Assembly: GCA_026023565.1 (NCBI GenBank)
Contig: JAPETS010000013.1
Coordinates: 372,001 to 436,000 of the forward strand
Direction of reading: 5' to 3'
From: Cirrosporium novae-zelandiae
Lineage: Eukaryota
Length of the DNA stretch: 64,000 nt
In this document: in pieces, positions 48,403 through 62,607 of the stretch
Layout: every line of letters begins with the position of its first letter
How positions within the stretch are numbered: position 1 is the stretch's first letter
The notes under the pieces: model-generated
Database searches by the model: none
Seen by the model: the letters and a program-made list of their open reading frames with translations, nothing else
What the model was told of the DNA's origin: nothing
Program-made: the position numbers and the translations under genes

Positions 48403-49030
48403 ATGGCTACCACACAAAAACATCTCCTCTTGTTGCCCCAAGAGATTATAGACATGATTATTTCTCACCTACCAACAAGCTCCCTTGTCACCCTCAAACT
48501 AGTAAACCGATATTTCTACACGCTCATCTTGCAAGAACATCCCGAAGAAGGAACAAGAACAACCCACGCGGAGCTCGCAGAATACCTACGCTCCACGGAA
48601 AAAAAAATGGTCACCATATCCCCAACAGCAGGAAGAAGAAATAATAACGAAGCAGAAGAAGATTATTCAGACCCTTCTCATCTGCTACGGGTGTCTAAAA
48701 AGTTTACCCCTGGAGGAATTCGACGCAGAGCGGAGGGCCATATTCAGGGAACATGATGATGCATACACCCGATGCTGCACCAGGTGTGACAGCGATATCA
48801 AACCCGGTGTCCTGCGAAGGATGAATGGGCTCCGGTGCCCCGTGTGCAGTGAATTCAGGTATGGCGATGAGGTTGTCGGGTGTAAGTGGAGCAGCAATGC
48901 GGGATACATATGTTGGCGGTGCGTGGAAAGGTTAGATAAAATAGGTGCCGTGGCGTTTGGATCGCCGTGGCAGTCTAGGGTTACTAGTGGTTCGAGGAGG
49001 GAAATGGAATTGCAACCGCTGCATTTTTAA
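48403..49030 (+). pseudogene. F-box protein with Cys-rich (CxxC) C-terminus, split by a +1 frameshift at an A9 run (48599-48607); pseudogene, slippage allele or sequencing error
   Basis: F-box-like N-terminus HLLLLPQEIIDMIISHLPTSSLVTLKLVNRYFY. Deleting one A gives ...TEKKWSPYP...LLICYGCLKSLPLEEFD...RCCTRCD...RCPVCSEF...YICWRC, open to the TAA at 49030 (~208 aa). Confidence 0.7.
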
Positions 49031-51392
49031 TAAATTGAAAAAACCTTTCTGGTTAACAAGTATGTAGGTATTGTAAGGCTATTTTGTATACTCATAATTC
49101 TCCTTCTTCACCAAACATTCGGCGGATTCTAGATAACGTTAGTTAACTCTATCATTAGGTAGACACTTCGGGGAATACCCACAGTATCAAAATGAAAATT
49201 CCCTTGAGCAGAAGATCGTGCGTGCAGATATAAATATATTTCTCCTCCTCCTCCTCCATCATCATCAATAATTTCCAAAAAGAAAGAAAAAAGACTAGCA
49301 CAAGCATTTCTACTAGCTAGCAAGCGATTTTTATAACACTTGATGCGTTACTAAACTACACAGTATATATACCGAACTAAATAGTACGAATCTTCCTTTT
49401 CTTTTCTTTTCTTTTCTTTTCTTTCTTTTTTCCCAAAGATTATAAAAAAATGTATACATTTATGTATGTAAGTTATTCCCAAAAAAATTCCCGATACAAG
49501 TTTTTATTATTCATAATTAGTCAAATCTTCTTTTTCATATTTCATATATTTTATCTAGTTTCTTTTTTTTTTTTCCCTCCCCCCCATATATTATGAAAGG
49601 AATGCCCAATACGAATTTCCTTTCATTCTTCATTCCACATAAAATTCCACGCAAAAAAACAAAACAGAAGGCACGTCACCTATATGTATGTATATATACA
49701 TGGTGAGAGCTAAAACACAGACACAGACACAAACACGTATAAATATAAACTATAGCACCCTTTCAGGTAAAGTAAGGGGTGGATCCTGAAAAATGCCCAA
49801 CCCACCACCACTACCACCAATCACTATTACATCCAACCAAACCTTCCCCTGTTACAAATAATTAGTCTACACACGGATTATCATATGGGCTATGTATGGT
49901 AGCTACGCCACAGGCCGTCACAGGCGGATCAATCATAATCATCATCATCATTGAAGAATTGAAGAACCTAGAGTATTCTTTTTCCATCTTTTATACTTCC
50001 CTCTAACTTAAGTATTAAAGTTCCAGTCCCAGTTCCAAGAATCCCTCAAGTCCTAATAAATAAATCCTTACCTTTTACTCATATTCATTCCCCTCTTCTT
50101 TCCCTCAAAATCAACTTCAATCACCCAACACTAATCACCCCAAGACCACAAAGTCCCCCAAGTCCCAAGTCCCAAGTCCTTATGATCCCCCCAGTTGACT
50201 AAATTTGCTTTTATATTACATACTATTTACTATACATATATATGTGTGTACATATCAACAATAACAGGCCGGTCAGGGGGGTAAGGGGGGTGGTGGTTAT
50301 GGTGCGGGGTAGGCTAGATGTGGAGATATAGAATATAGGTAGATAGATAAGTGATAAATGATAAATGATAAGTTGTAGGTTGAGGTTGAGATTGAGATTC
50401 AAGAAGATTGGAGTTTTGTTTTATTTTTTTGGTGGGGACTGAGTGTGTCGTTGAAGAGAGCCTCGGAGAGGAAGGGGGTTGGTTGAGTATACACTCTGCT
50501 CTGAATTGTTTCCAACATATTTCCCTTCATCTTTTTAATTATATAATTTACACGCATCCTTTTTTCATCAAAAAGGGGTACCTCATATATAAAATAAATA
50601 AATAAATAAAAACCCCTAATTAATCAGATCTTAATTTTTTTTCATATATATATATATATATGTGTGTAGACTACATCTTTCTTCCTGCCGTTTCCAACAT
50701 GTGGATTTTACACACACATACACCCATTCTACTTACTTAGATAACTCTAAACCTTTTTTTCTTAGTAAAGTAAACTTTAGGAAAGTAATTTGTGTGTATG
50801 TGGGTTGCTTTTCTGGTGGTATTGTGTGGTGCCGTGCCGTGCTATGGCACGGAAGTACGAAAGTACCTAAGTAGGTATGTATGGTAAAAAAAATTATAAT
50901 CAGATAGGTTTACCTTTCCTTCCCCTTCTCCCTTTTCCTCTCCCATTCCTCTCCCTTTCCTCTCCTTGGAACGAAAAAAAAAACAGGTAACGAAAAGAAG
51001 TCACGAATTAGAACTAGTTAATCAATTGATTTAATTTTCTTGTATGTAGTTTTCCTCCCTCTCTCTCCCCATATATCTACCAGTGTCAGAGTGTTGTTGT
51101 TGAAGGTATCTCTCTTTTTGATCATGAATAACCGGAAAATGTCATCCGTTCACCAAAATCCGCCAGTCAGTTCAGTCAGTCAGTCATGCGTGAGTAAATC
51201 GATCATAAAAATCAAGACGCCCAGGATTTTTCCAGTGTTGAATGCCCTCCTCCCCCCACCGCCCTTTTTTTTCTTTGGCGCCTATAATAAATAATAACAG
51301 TAATGAAAAGCATATCGGCTGTAGGGTTTATAGCCTTGCATCAACTCACCTCACCGCTACCAAGGAGATGAGGATGACGAGGATGAGGATGC

Positions 51393-53005
51393 TTATAGAG
51401 GTAGGGGGAAGCTGCCAGCCCATGCAGCGATTTCCTTTTTGAGTTCCACAATATCAGGGACCTCGCCACTTGCGACTTTGGCCTTGAAATCCTTTAGTCT
51501 GTTGGCTTCCTTTGGAAGCTTGCTTTGCACATCCTTGCAGATCGCAATTGACTTGTCGATGTATCTAGCAACGCGCTTGAAGTCGTCTTCGCTCATACCT
51601 CTTGTCGTCATGGCTGGTGCACCGATACGGATACCGCATGGCGTAAGAGCGGATTTGTCTCCTGGAATCGAGTTCTTGTTGCAGGCAATGTTGATTTGCT
51701 CAAGAACGGCCTCGACGCGAGCGCCGTCGAGTTTGTGCTGTCGAAGGTCAAGAAGAACCATGTGGGAGTCGGTTCCGTCTGCGACTAATTTGTGGCCAAG
51801 ATGCTTGAATTCGACTTCGAGAGCCTTGGCGTTCTTGATGACTTGTTCCTGGTAGAGCTTGAATTCCGGGGTCATGGCTTGCTTCAAGGCGACGGCGAGA
51901 GCAGTGATGGTGTGGTTGTGGGGACCGCCCTGGTGGCCAGGGAAGACGGAGAAGTTGATGGGGCCTTCGAGGTCGTAGAGGACTTCCTTTCCTGACTTGG
52001 CGTCGGTCCTCCGGATTCCTTTCCGGAAAAAGATCATGGCGCCACGAGGGCCGCGGAGGGACTTGTGTGTTGTGGTGGTGACAATGTCAGCGTGTTCAAA
52101 GGGGGACGGTATCACTCCAGCAGCAATCAAGCCGGAAATGTGAGCCATGTCGACTACAAGGTATGCGCCAACAAGGTCGGCGATCTTGCGCATACGAGCG
52201 TAGTCGATAAGACGGCAATAAGCCGATGTGCCGGCCACGAGGACCTTGGGACGATAAAGTTGGGCGTTTTGTTCCAACTGGTCATAATCAATAATGCCGG
52301 TTTCGAGGTTAACTCTGTAGGGGAGGGTTTCGAAGTAGGTGGAGACGGCAGAAATCCTAGAATAAACATTACGGTCAACTATACTGTTTCCAGTGGCTTC
52401 AATTGGAAATTTCTCTAGATGGCATGAACATACTTCTTCTGCGGGGTTTGGTATCCATGACTCAAATGTCCACCATGAGGCAAATCCAAGCCCATCAATC
52501 TGTCATGCGGCCTCATAATAGCCTGGTACACCTCCAAGTTTGCGGGACTTCCGCTCAAACACTGTACATTTACGCCCCATTTCTCTGAGTCTAAACCGAA
52601 AGCCTTCAATGCGCGTGCCTGACATGTAAGCTCAATGGCATCAATGTGTTGGTTTCCACCGTAGTATCGTGCACCTGGGTAACCCTCGCTATACTTGTTG
52701 GACATGGGTGAGCCCAAGGCATCGAAGACGGCTCGAGACGTGAAGTTTTCAGAGGCAATAAGGACAATGGATTCGCGTTGGCGTTGGATCTCATCTTTCT
52801 ACTTGAAATTTAATACTCAATATTGAGGAGAAGAGAAAAATTGTTCGTACCATTATCTTGGCCACTTCAGGATCAATCTCTGTGAGAGGCTCCTCCATGA
52901 GCTATAGAAGAGAATATTAGCATGGCCTAGGAATTTCATAGAGCTTGGGATGCTCTGAATTCAACTCACGTTCTGGTGAGACTTTGGAAGTGCGTAGGTC
53001 GCCAT
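51393..53005 (-). CDS. SHM2: Cytosolic serine hydroxymethyltransferase, exons 53005-52970, 52901-52851, 52798-52434, 52356-51393
   Basis: [48 protein letters not shown]-lysine motif [13 protein letters not shown] and FPGHQGGPH. No mitochondrial presequence ([12 protein letters not shown]). Confidence 0.96.
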
Positions 53006-53573
53006 TTTTGCAGAGGAGAAGGATTAATGTGTATTGAGGAGAGCAGAGAATATTGGAGGAAGGTGTAGTTGTAATATGGGAATGTCAGAGTTCTTTGTGA
53101 AATCAATGGGTAGAGGGAGGCAGGACAATATAAAGAAATTGGTAGGATTCTGGGGAAATTTTCATCCTTCGAACCCCCGCCTTCTACTATGGCATGTATG
53201 GATTAGATTTTGGATAGCCTGGTTTCGCCGATCACGGAGTTCGATAGGATTATGCGTGCCTCAGGCACCACAAAGATATACAGCAGTAAGCGTGAATCAT
53301 AGTGCCATGTAGTTTTAGTTATCAAATCAACACTTATTTTTTGGGCTATCTTTGAAAATACAATTGTTTTGCTTATTACACCCATGATTGAATATAATTA
53401 TTTTTGACCTGGACAATCTCAGAAGACCAGCTTGGTATAGTAGAGACTGATACCCCCACAACCACACCTAATTCAAGACGCCCTGCTGAAGCGTTATATG
53501 AATATCTCTTTTCAAATGCGCCACACAAACAACCAAATGCAGTACTATGGATAGTGCTCAAAAGTCATAATCA

Positions 53574-55222
53574 CTATGTGGAATCGTCAACTTCATACAC
53601 ATCTCTTCCCTTTTTATGTTTTTTTGGAGTTTTACTCTTCTCTCCTTTCCTTGCAAAGAGTTCGCCGGAGGTCTTTACATCTTTATGTGTCACCTTCTTC
53701 TCGGACCTATTCTTCTCCTGCTTCCTTGCTGACTTCTGCGAAGCTTCTTCCTTGTCAATGTCCATTGCATCATCCGTTTGAACTTCAGCCCGCTCTTTTT
53801 GGCGTCGCTTGTCACCGCTGAGGTTGCTATTCTCCCGTTTTGAGGCCTTAACCGGAGTCACAACACTGCTCTTATCTTCTAGGTTTTCTTTGGTGTGTTT
53901 AGACTCGTTATTTTTTGTGTGCGCCTTCTTTTTGGGGATAGCCTCGGCATCGTCATTTACTATCTCATGCTTCCTTTTCTTAGGTCGGTCAACTTGATCA
54001 ACCCCTTGTGGTAATTTGAAAGTTGGCACACTGGCCTCTGGCATTTCCATTTCACTGTCATCTTCATCGTCAAAACCGACGTTCTCGTTGTGAATGTCGA
54101 AGCCAAATACATTAAATCGCACTCGTAGTCCATTTGGTTGATGGTGATGCTTCCTTTTTACGGGCCGGATAACTGTACTTGAAATGGGAGTATCCACAGC
54201 TTGTCGTAATCGTAAATCTGCGTCCACTCCTTTGCTTAAAATTGCATAACTTGGGTCTGGCTCGTTGCATGTTAATAAAAGTTTTGTCGAATTGTCGCTA
54301 ACTTTGCTTGTATAGTCAACACCCTTGTGGTTAATCACCACTTGCCCACTCAGTGCCTTTTCCAGATCCATCCCCATGAGCAATGTTGGTGAAACATCAG
54401 CGGGCAAACTTATATGCCAAATCTGTTTCTCCGATAAATTAGATTCTAGAATGTTTGACATAGGCGCTGATTCGGATGAAACTTGGACTGGGGTAAATTT
54501 ATTAGGGGGATGGTAGGTAGAGGCTGGTACGACTTTTGCTGCATATTGTCTATGTAACAGTCAGTAAATAGCCAACATATATCGATGCTTGAGTATACGA
54601 ACATCGGGTCACGATGAAACCGTGGTGTTTTCTCGGGGCTTGCTTCTTCCAAACCATTGGCACCATTTCCTTTAGCAGTCCTCTCGTTTGATTTAGATTT
54701 GTTATGAGTATCTTTATTTGATTCACTTGCGTGTTTACTCTTGTTCACTCCATGGTTTGTGGGTTTGACAATCGGATTACTTGGTGATATTTTGGTGGCT
54801 GAGCTCTTACTCTTACTAGAGGAGTCGCTCTTGCGTTTATCTTTGCTAGGGGAGTCGTTTTCACTTTCACTTTGATCCTCACTAGAAGAGTTGCTCTCGC
54901 TTTCATCTTCGTTAGAAGAGCTATTTTCGCTTTCACTTTCTTCCCCACTTTCCTCCTCACTTCCAGAAACCTGTGGAGGTGGGGATTTGACCTTTCGTGC
55001 GCCATCGACCCTCACGGGAGGAGTACTGGTATTTTTAGGCTTCGCGACTGGGACTGCTGCTGTGCGCTTGGATGAGTTGCTGATATGGTCATCGGAATCA
55101 GAATCAGAAGCATGAACATATTCATCGCTTAGCTTGGATGCTTTTCCCTGTGAACTCGTAGTTTTTTTTGTAGCTTGCTTCTTTTTCGAAGCCCTTTTGG
55201 GTATGGGCTTAGCTGAAGACAT
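53574..55222 (-). CDS. RNA polymerase I subunit A34.5 (RPA34)-like nucleolar protein, exons 55222-54603, 54549-53574
   Basis: Ser/Glu-rich N-terminus, YHPPNKF, KQIWHISLPADVS, QPNGLRVRFNVFG and a Lys-rich tail match my recollection of the A34.5 domain pattern. Intron GTTCGT..ACTGAC..TAG joins two ORFs in frame. Confidence 0.72.
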
Positions 55223-55855
55223 TGTGAGAGGACCAGGAAAGGGGATGGTTAAATATGAAGTCTGAGTCGCCGGGTAGGCTGTAAAATGTTCGTATTATCG
55301 TCCCCTTCAAGTGGTTAGCTATTTGATACATATTTTTTTCTCTCTCCAAAAGCAAACGATTCAATCCACTCGAAATTTTAAGGTTTCGAACTAGTAGCTT
55401 GGACCGAAAAAACACTTGGGAGTGGTGGGAGTGCACGGAAGTGCTACGGTCACTCGGTGAATCTTGACCGACAACACCAATTCAAGCCGAGGAAGCTCAT
55501 TCTTTAAAAAATGGTTAAAAAATCAACGTTCAGTAACAACTATTAACAGATATCTCGAGTCCGGTTCTAGTATTAACCAAATGTCTAAAGTACACGTATT
55601 TGAATAATTGGTATTCAAACAGAAATGATATCTATGACCAATTCTCATTTTTGTTGAAGGCTTCCCTCTCATTTAGGTAACTAACCTCTCATGCATCTGG
55701 ACTTCAGACATAATTCAAAAGGCAGTTTCGACATATAAATACATGCCTCTACAGCAACCAAATTTCAATATTTATATGGTCCATAGTTCCTTAAACCTAT
55801 CTAGCATACAAATATCTCCGAATAGCTTCATACGTCGTTTTACCATAGCTTGGTC

Positions 55856-57914
55856 ATGAAGAATAAAGGTATAGCTCAAACCACGCAATTTACTGATGGA
55901 AAACTCATTAATAGAATTACCAGGAGAGCCTCAAAGCGCATTAGCTGCCATTAGAGCTGCAAAACGCCCCAAGACTGCTGCTACAGAAGATTCAAAATCG
56001 GAACCGGAGCCTTTGCAATTAACCGATGCTACACAATATGAGGACGATTATGCTTCTGTATATAGCGATGCTTCAGAGCTTGTCAATGACCTTCCTCCCA
56101 GGAAACTTTCTACATTCGGACAAAATTCCAAGAATATTATCGAGAGCACTAAAAAGTCACTCCGCATTCGCATGGACCCACAAGACAGGCTTACCATCAT
56201 CGGCCAGTACAACGTTTGGGTTGCTAAAGGCTTCGTAGTCATCTTGGGCTTTGCTATGGAAGCAGGACCCAAAATCTACACTATTTTTGGATCTTCAACG
56301 CACTCTTTGCCTGTAATAGAGGTCCCCAGGGAATGTAAAGGGGGTGCCGAAATCGTCATTTCACACCACTATGACCATCTCCGCCGCCTTAAGGAATACT
56401 CTCCTTTATTTGGACGCATTTGGAATCGTACGGGGACTCGAACAAACCTGAAAGGAAAGGAGAATTTATTAACTAGGTCATTCTCTATCCTCGAACATTC
56501 CCATGACGATCCTTTCAGGAGACCATTGGTCGCTACTGACCTAGCCCCTGATTGGGAGCGGCTCCTAATACTGTTAAGAGAAACCAAAAATGCCAAACGC
56601 CAAAAGATCTTGGTATGTGGGCCTTCAAACACTGGAAAGTCGACATTCTGCCGGTACCTTCTCAATTACTTTCTGTCATCAGGTAGAGCTAGCAAAAAAG
56701 GGCTTTCTAGTGTAGGATATCTCGACCTTGACCCTGGACAGCCAGAATTTTCACCTCCAGGCAATTTGTCACTTTCTCATCTCAAATCTCCAATCCTAGG
56801 TCCCCAGTTCACTCATCCTATTCTACTTCCAGGGACAAATAATAAACTAGTTCATGCTCATCATCTGGGCTACTTGTCCCCTAAAGACGATCCAGCTCAG
56901 TACATAAAATGTGCGCTGGATTTGGATAGACGGTACGAACAACAGCTACATCAAGATGAACTGACATGCCCTCTTGTGATCAACACGAGTGGTTGGGTTA
57001 TGGGTGCCGGACTTGAGTTCCTCGTCGAGTTTATCAGATTCATGAAGCCATCCGATGTAGTATACACGAGTTTGGCAGGCCCTGCGAACACGGTCGGGGT
57101 TTTGAGAAGGGAGACCGAGGTTGCTGGCTCTGTTTTTCATGAATTACGACACCAATTTACAGAATTCACAACTCGAACATCAGGGGATCTTCGAGCCATG
57201 CAGACACAATCATATTTCCACATCAACAGAAAAGTGACGGACCAACCACAATGGACTCCATTCCCAGTCACCTACATGAGGCCGCTAGTCATTCCTTATA
57301 CCGACAGACATGTGATCCACGGGTTTATGAGTCTCGGTGAACGTTTTGACCCAAGACTGGCACATGACATTTTCAACGGCAAGGTGGTAGGAGTAGCAGC
57401 GGTAGATGAAAATTGTCCAGACCTTCCATCATATAAAGACATCAGCACCGACACGATCCCTATCAACCTCGAAGGAACTCGATTTGACGAATCCCACTAC
57501 AGGACATTTACCGCTCTCCCAAAGCATCCCCTCCCCTACCTCTTCCGAGGCCGAAAAACCAACACCCCTCTCCCACCAGCCACAACCACCTGCCTAGGCC
57601 AAGCCCTAATCCGCGGCATCGACACCGAAGCCGGACTCCTCTACATCCTAACCCCAATCCCCGAATCCGTCCTAGCATCCGCAGAATCAGCAAGGAAGAA
57701 AATCATTCTCGTCAAGGGTAAGCTGGATATTCCTGGATGGGCTTTCAAGGAAGAGTACTATATGGCTAGCAAGGAAGAACGCGAGGAGTGGGGGGGTACC
57801 GTACCATGGCTCAGGAAACTAGATGGGGGGGAGGAAAGAGGGAAGGGTACTAAGGCGTGGAGGGTCACGAGGCGGATTAACTTTAGGGGAGATGTCGCTA
57901 GGGATGCCACGTAG
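55856..57914 (+). CDS. GRC3: Polynucleotide 5'-hydroxyl kinase Grc3/Nol9, exons 55856-55868, 55915-57914 (alternative unspliced start 55896)
   Basis: Clp1-family P-loop ILVCGPSNTGKSTF, YLDLDPGQPEFSPPG, LVINTSGWVMGAG and CLGQALIRGID. Confidence 0.92.
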
Positions 57915-58050
57915 GAGGTTTTGTTTGTTGGCGTTGATGGTTTTGAGACCTGGGTCTGAGTGAACGAACGAGTGAATGAAATGAAGCTCTGTCTGACTGA
58001 CGTACATATGGAAATGCGCTATTATGGATAACTTAACTTGATACCTGATA

Positions 58051-58068
58051 CCCCCCCCCCCCCCCCCC
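58051..58068. repeat. C18 homopolymer
   Basis: Direct reading of the sequence. Confidence 0.95.
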
Positions 58069-61000
58069 AAGGTGTTGTTTTTTTACGGCAAAAAAAAGGA
58101 GAATTCTGATTAGATCAGATAAGTGCAGTAGTACTACGATAGGATAGGATGGATATTAAATGAATGGATCAATAAATATCTACCCTCCTCTGCATCGCCA
58201 ATGATGATAATAACATGGTAGTAGGAATAGTAAAATCTTAAAATCAACTTACCCCCTCTCCTCCCCTGGCCCGACAATCTGTTACGGATGCCAATCCACG
58301 CATCTGCCTCAGACTTCTACAGAACGTCATGTGAAACCCATCTTTATAGATATTGATATAGGTAGATAGGTAGATTTCCGGAGCTTGTACTGTGGACTAG
58401 ACTAGACCTCAATATCAATATCCAATATCTAGATCAAATACTAGCTATCCACTTAGATTCATGTCTTTTATGTCTTTTATGCCCCATAAGAGTCCTATCC
58501 CCTACCATATCCCTATCCTATCTCTATCCATACTAGGCATACGTGGTAACAAAATCCCTACTCATCAAGCCATCTCTTTCTTCAAGCCTTTTAAAATCAA
58601 AATACTTCCAAAAAATACCTTTCAATGATATGATGATATGATGAGATGATAGTACGGTTTAGGATGTTTTTGAGGCTTGGGATTGGGGTTATGGGGATGG
58701 ATGGATGGGGTTGCGGATTTTTGGTGCTGATGGGTAATTCTAAGGTTTTTTTTTTGAAAAAAAAAGGATGGATGGGTGGATGAATGTGGATATTTCGTTG
58801 GGTTTGTCTGGGAGTGGGGAGGTGAGGAGGTTATCGAGGAGAATATATATAAACCACTTCCAGACTCCAGACTCCCTCCCTTTCCCAACAAATCCAATAC
58901 AGAATCGAATCAAATCTTGAAAATATTTTAACCCGTTAAACAAAAATCAAGATATTCCACAATTCCATAAGGGTGTAATGAAATCAATTGATTAATTGAC
59001 CATGCATAAGTACCTAGGTGGTAGAAATGAATGGATGGATGGAAGGAAGGAAGGGAAAATATTTACCTGGTATTAGTATTGATATTGATATTGGGGCTTC
59101 ATCATTAGAAGCCCAATCCAAGCCAACACTCTCTCTTACTTATCCTACTCAACCAAACCAAAAAGGAGGACGTAGGATATCCTAGTGTTAAGGATATATA
59201 TAACACTGTGGCTGCGCCGTAACATTTATATTGAGACTAAAAAAAATGTGGGAATATACTATGTGTATATGAGTATGGATATGGATATAGGGGGAAATGA
59301 TTAAAATGAGGGGAAATGAAAAAAAAGGATATTGAGATTGTGTGGGAGTGTGAACGTATGTGGTAAGGGATAGGGATAGAACAATTCAACCCATCCATCT
59401 CATTGGTCCTTTTTTCATCTTTTATCTTTGGGAGTTGGATATCTATTCATTTTATTGTGTATGTTTATGTTTCTTGACTCTTCCATGTGGGGATTTGGGT
59501 GTAGTACGTCCTGTTCTTTTGTTTTTCGTATTAGACGGTTTGGTTGTTTTTTTGGTTTGGTTTTTGTGGTTTGGTTTTTTTTTTGTTTAGGATAGAAGGA
59601 GAGAGGGGGGGATGAGGATTTGGGATTGTAGAGGATTTTGATGATGATGGAAGGTGTCGTTTTGATGCTGTAGGAGTAGGTATGGAGGGAATAAATTGGA
59701 AATCGGTCAATTATTTAGGCTGATAAATAATCGGTAGGTCTTATGTAGTTACCGAGCAGCTAGGGATCCTGTAGCCCCTCATGTAACTTAAAAAAATGGG
59801 TTTTTTTCTATGATGAGTTGTTTGAAAGGAGAGAGTTACCAGATATTTTTAGATGATGATGATTGTGGTGGATATTTTGAGACGGGATGGACTCTGTTCA
59901 TTTTTTGCTTAGGAGGGTTCTGTTTCCGCTTCTCTGGTACGTCATCCATAGATGGAAACAAGGTGCTTGGTCAAGAAGTGGGGTGGGGGGGTCTCAAGAA
60001 AGAAAGGTCAGGAGAGTAAAAAGTAGAAAACATGAAGGATGATGGCCGCGTGGATGTGTCACCAACTTACTGTTGCTTACTGTGGTTAGTGCTACTAAGA
60101 GAGGGAGTCTTGAATCCTAATTGTGAAACCCAGGTATTTTTGTTCAAAACCATTAAGCTCATGAGAGTGGGGAGTAGGTCGAGATTGTGAGGATTAGAAT
60201 GATCGGATGGATGAGTATGAGGTCGCTTAGTTACTCGAGTTTGCCTGTTTCTTTGGAGGCTTCGCTGCTGTGTCAAGTACAACCATCAAGTTGGGTCAAA
60301 GGACGGGAGGTTCTCAGAAGGAGTGAATATTTGCGAGAGGACGAGATGTATATGCTTGTTTATGAAGAGAGACATGCTGGAAACGCTGTTGATGTCGGCA
60401 TATACGATGGGTTAGGCTTGCTGGAAGGGCGTAGCGCCCAAAGCCCCAACGAGACATTCACCTCCCTATGAGTATGGGAGAATACATGATGAAAGTCAAC
60501 TTTATGAACAGGCGCGTGATTAATCAATGATAGTTAGGATTTGACTCTGGATATGAAAGCCAATCTTGAAAAGGAGTATGACGGGGGCTGCGGGTGGGTT
60601 ATTGGGGTTGTTTCTCCTTTTCTTTTTCTTGCAGTTGGTTTTTCTGCATGATAGGTATTCTTTCATCTAATCCTGGCCTTTGGCTTGTGGACTGTCTCAT
60701 AGTGTTTGTAGAAGAGGGTTTTTGAGCGAAGTAACACAAAACACTCAGGGGACTCTGTATATCTGTTAGTAGATGATATGCTCATTGAAACAGGGAGTTA
60801 AAGATCGGCTATCAATTGGCAGAATAATTGACAGGTAAACACGGTGGTAAGATGCTCCTGCAATGTTCAAGGTCCGCATATCACCGATGGGATTTAGACC
60901 AAGGTCTAAGAGGCTTGAGGATCAAACAGATAAGTGAGTGACAATGGTTGATTATAAGATTGGTTATGTGTGGAAAGGTATTCTGTCTGCCACCTGTGTC

Positions 61001-62571
61001 AACCTTTTAAGACCTGACTTTGCTTTGAATGCAGCAATCTTCTAGTTTCCGTTCTGGTCTTGGTCTTGAGAGATGGCACAGCTGGCAAGCAAGTTGAAGT
61101 TTGACAAGGTTTAAATTATCAATGGGAATCTACATTTGTAGTGTGGTTGTTGAGGAAAGGCTCGGATGAGATGAAAAGGAAGTTTGTGATATTCATCATC
61201 TATAAATAACCACAACAGAGTAATTACCAAACAGCTTCTTCCTGTTGCTTCTCGAATCTGATGAATAATAGAAAGAAAAAAATACAGATTTTAGGACAAT
61301 GTGATTGATTGATATTAGGCGGTGATGATGGCTGACGCCTTGTGGTTTCAGCCTCAAGAGCCATAGGGTTCGTGCCTGATTTTCTCTCTCCTTCTTTTGA
61401 ATCTTCAATGCTGCAAGCTCGGTTCGGTTCTCATGTGAAGATGAAAAAGGGAGGATCAGCAAGATGGAAGTCATCGGTCTTTAGAAGGATTACGGAGAAA
61501 CCACGGCTCTTGGGCTTCTTCACTTGATAATTTGTCTGAAAATTCAAAAAATGATGATGCGGGCCTCCGGGAGGGTTTGCTTGGTGATCACATCCAGGCG
61601 TTCGGAACGGATGCGATGCATTTCGGGTAACCGGGTCCATTTGGAATTGGCATATGGCCTCCATGCTTTTTTACCTGGTAATTCCTAGCACTTTTATAGA
61701 TTTTCCTATTATATTGATCCACCTATCCTGGTCATCTTGATTTTTTTTTTTAAATTATCGCTGGTGGTGTCCTGACGGACATTCGGATTCATATCCGTCT
61801 TTGGTTCTTGGTAGCCTACTCCTTGACCATTCTCGACCTGTGGAAAAAAAAAAAAAGAGAAAAAAAAGAGAAAAAGTTTGCTACCTCGTAAAGGATTTTT
61901 GGTTCTAATTAAGCCCCGAGGATGTCATTAGTCTAGTTTGCAAAGTAGATGACTCGGTGAGTGGTTTCTTCTTCTCTCACTTCTCTTTGGTCCCCTCAGT
62001 TCCTTGAAGAGTTCTGTATTTGGCCGGTTTACGGAGGAAAAGCAATAGAGGGCAATAGAGGGGCAATCAAAACCCACTCTTGTTTTTCATGTTTGTACTC
62101 TTCACATGGGACTAAAGGACTAAAATCTGCGAACATCAAGAGACATCAGACGATCCTTGGTGGGACACACTGAGAACAGCCAATACCAAGCAATGTTGTT
62201 GTGTAAACAATATCAAAGTAACTATAATTATATGCACGTAATCCATGTATTTATTGTATTAAATCTGACTGTTATGCGTAATGGTGTGAATCATGGGGTT
62301 GGTCTTATGAAAGGGATAACTTGGATCATTACTGGGATTGGATTAGGTTTAAATTTAGTCTTGACTCTGCCTAAGATTCCTGTCAGATCCTCCCGCTGGA
62401 TTGGTCCTTTTGGTCCTAATGCCCCCCTTAGATAAGCATCAAGCCCCTCAAGCAGGCCCCCCCCGTGCCCCCCGTGCCCCCCTCCCCCCAAGCCTTTCAT
62501 CCAAAAGCCTCCAAAAAGCCGAAAGTCAGCCAAAGTAGCCCCGCCAACTGCCGACCCTATTGATTCATTCG

Positions 62572-62607
62572 CATTTCAATCATTTCAATCATTTCAATCA
62601 TTTCAAT
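62572..62607. repeat. (CATTTCAAT)4 tandem repeat
   Basis: Direct reading of the sequence. Confidence 0.9.
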
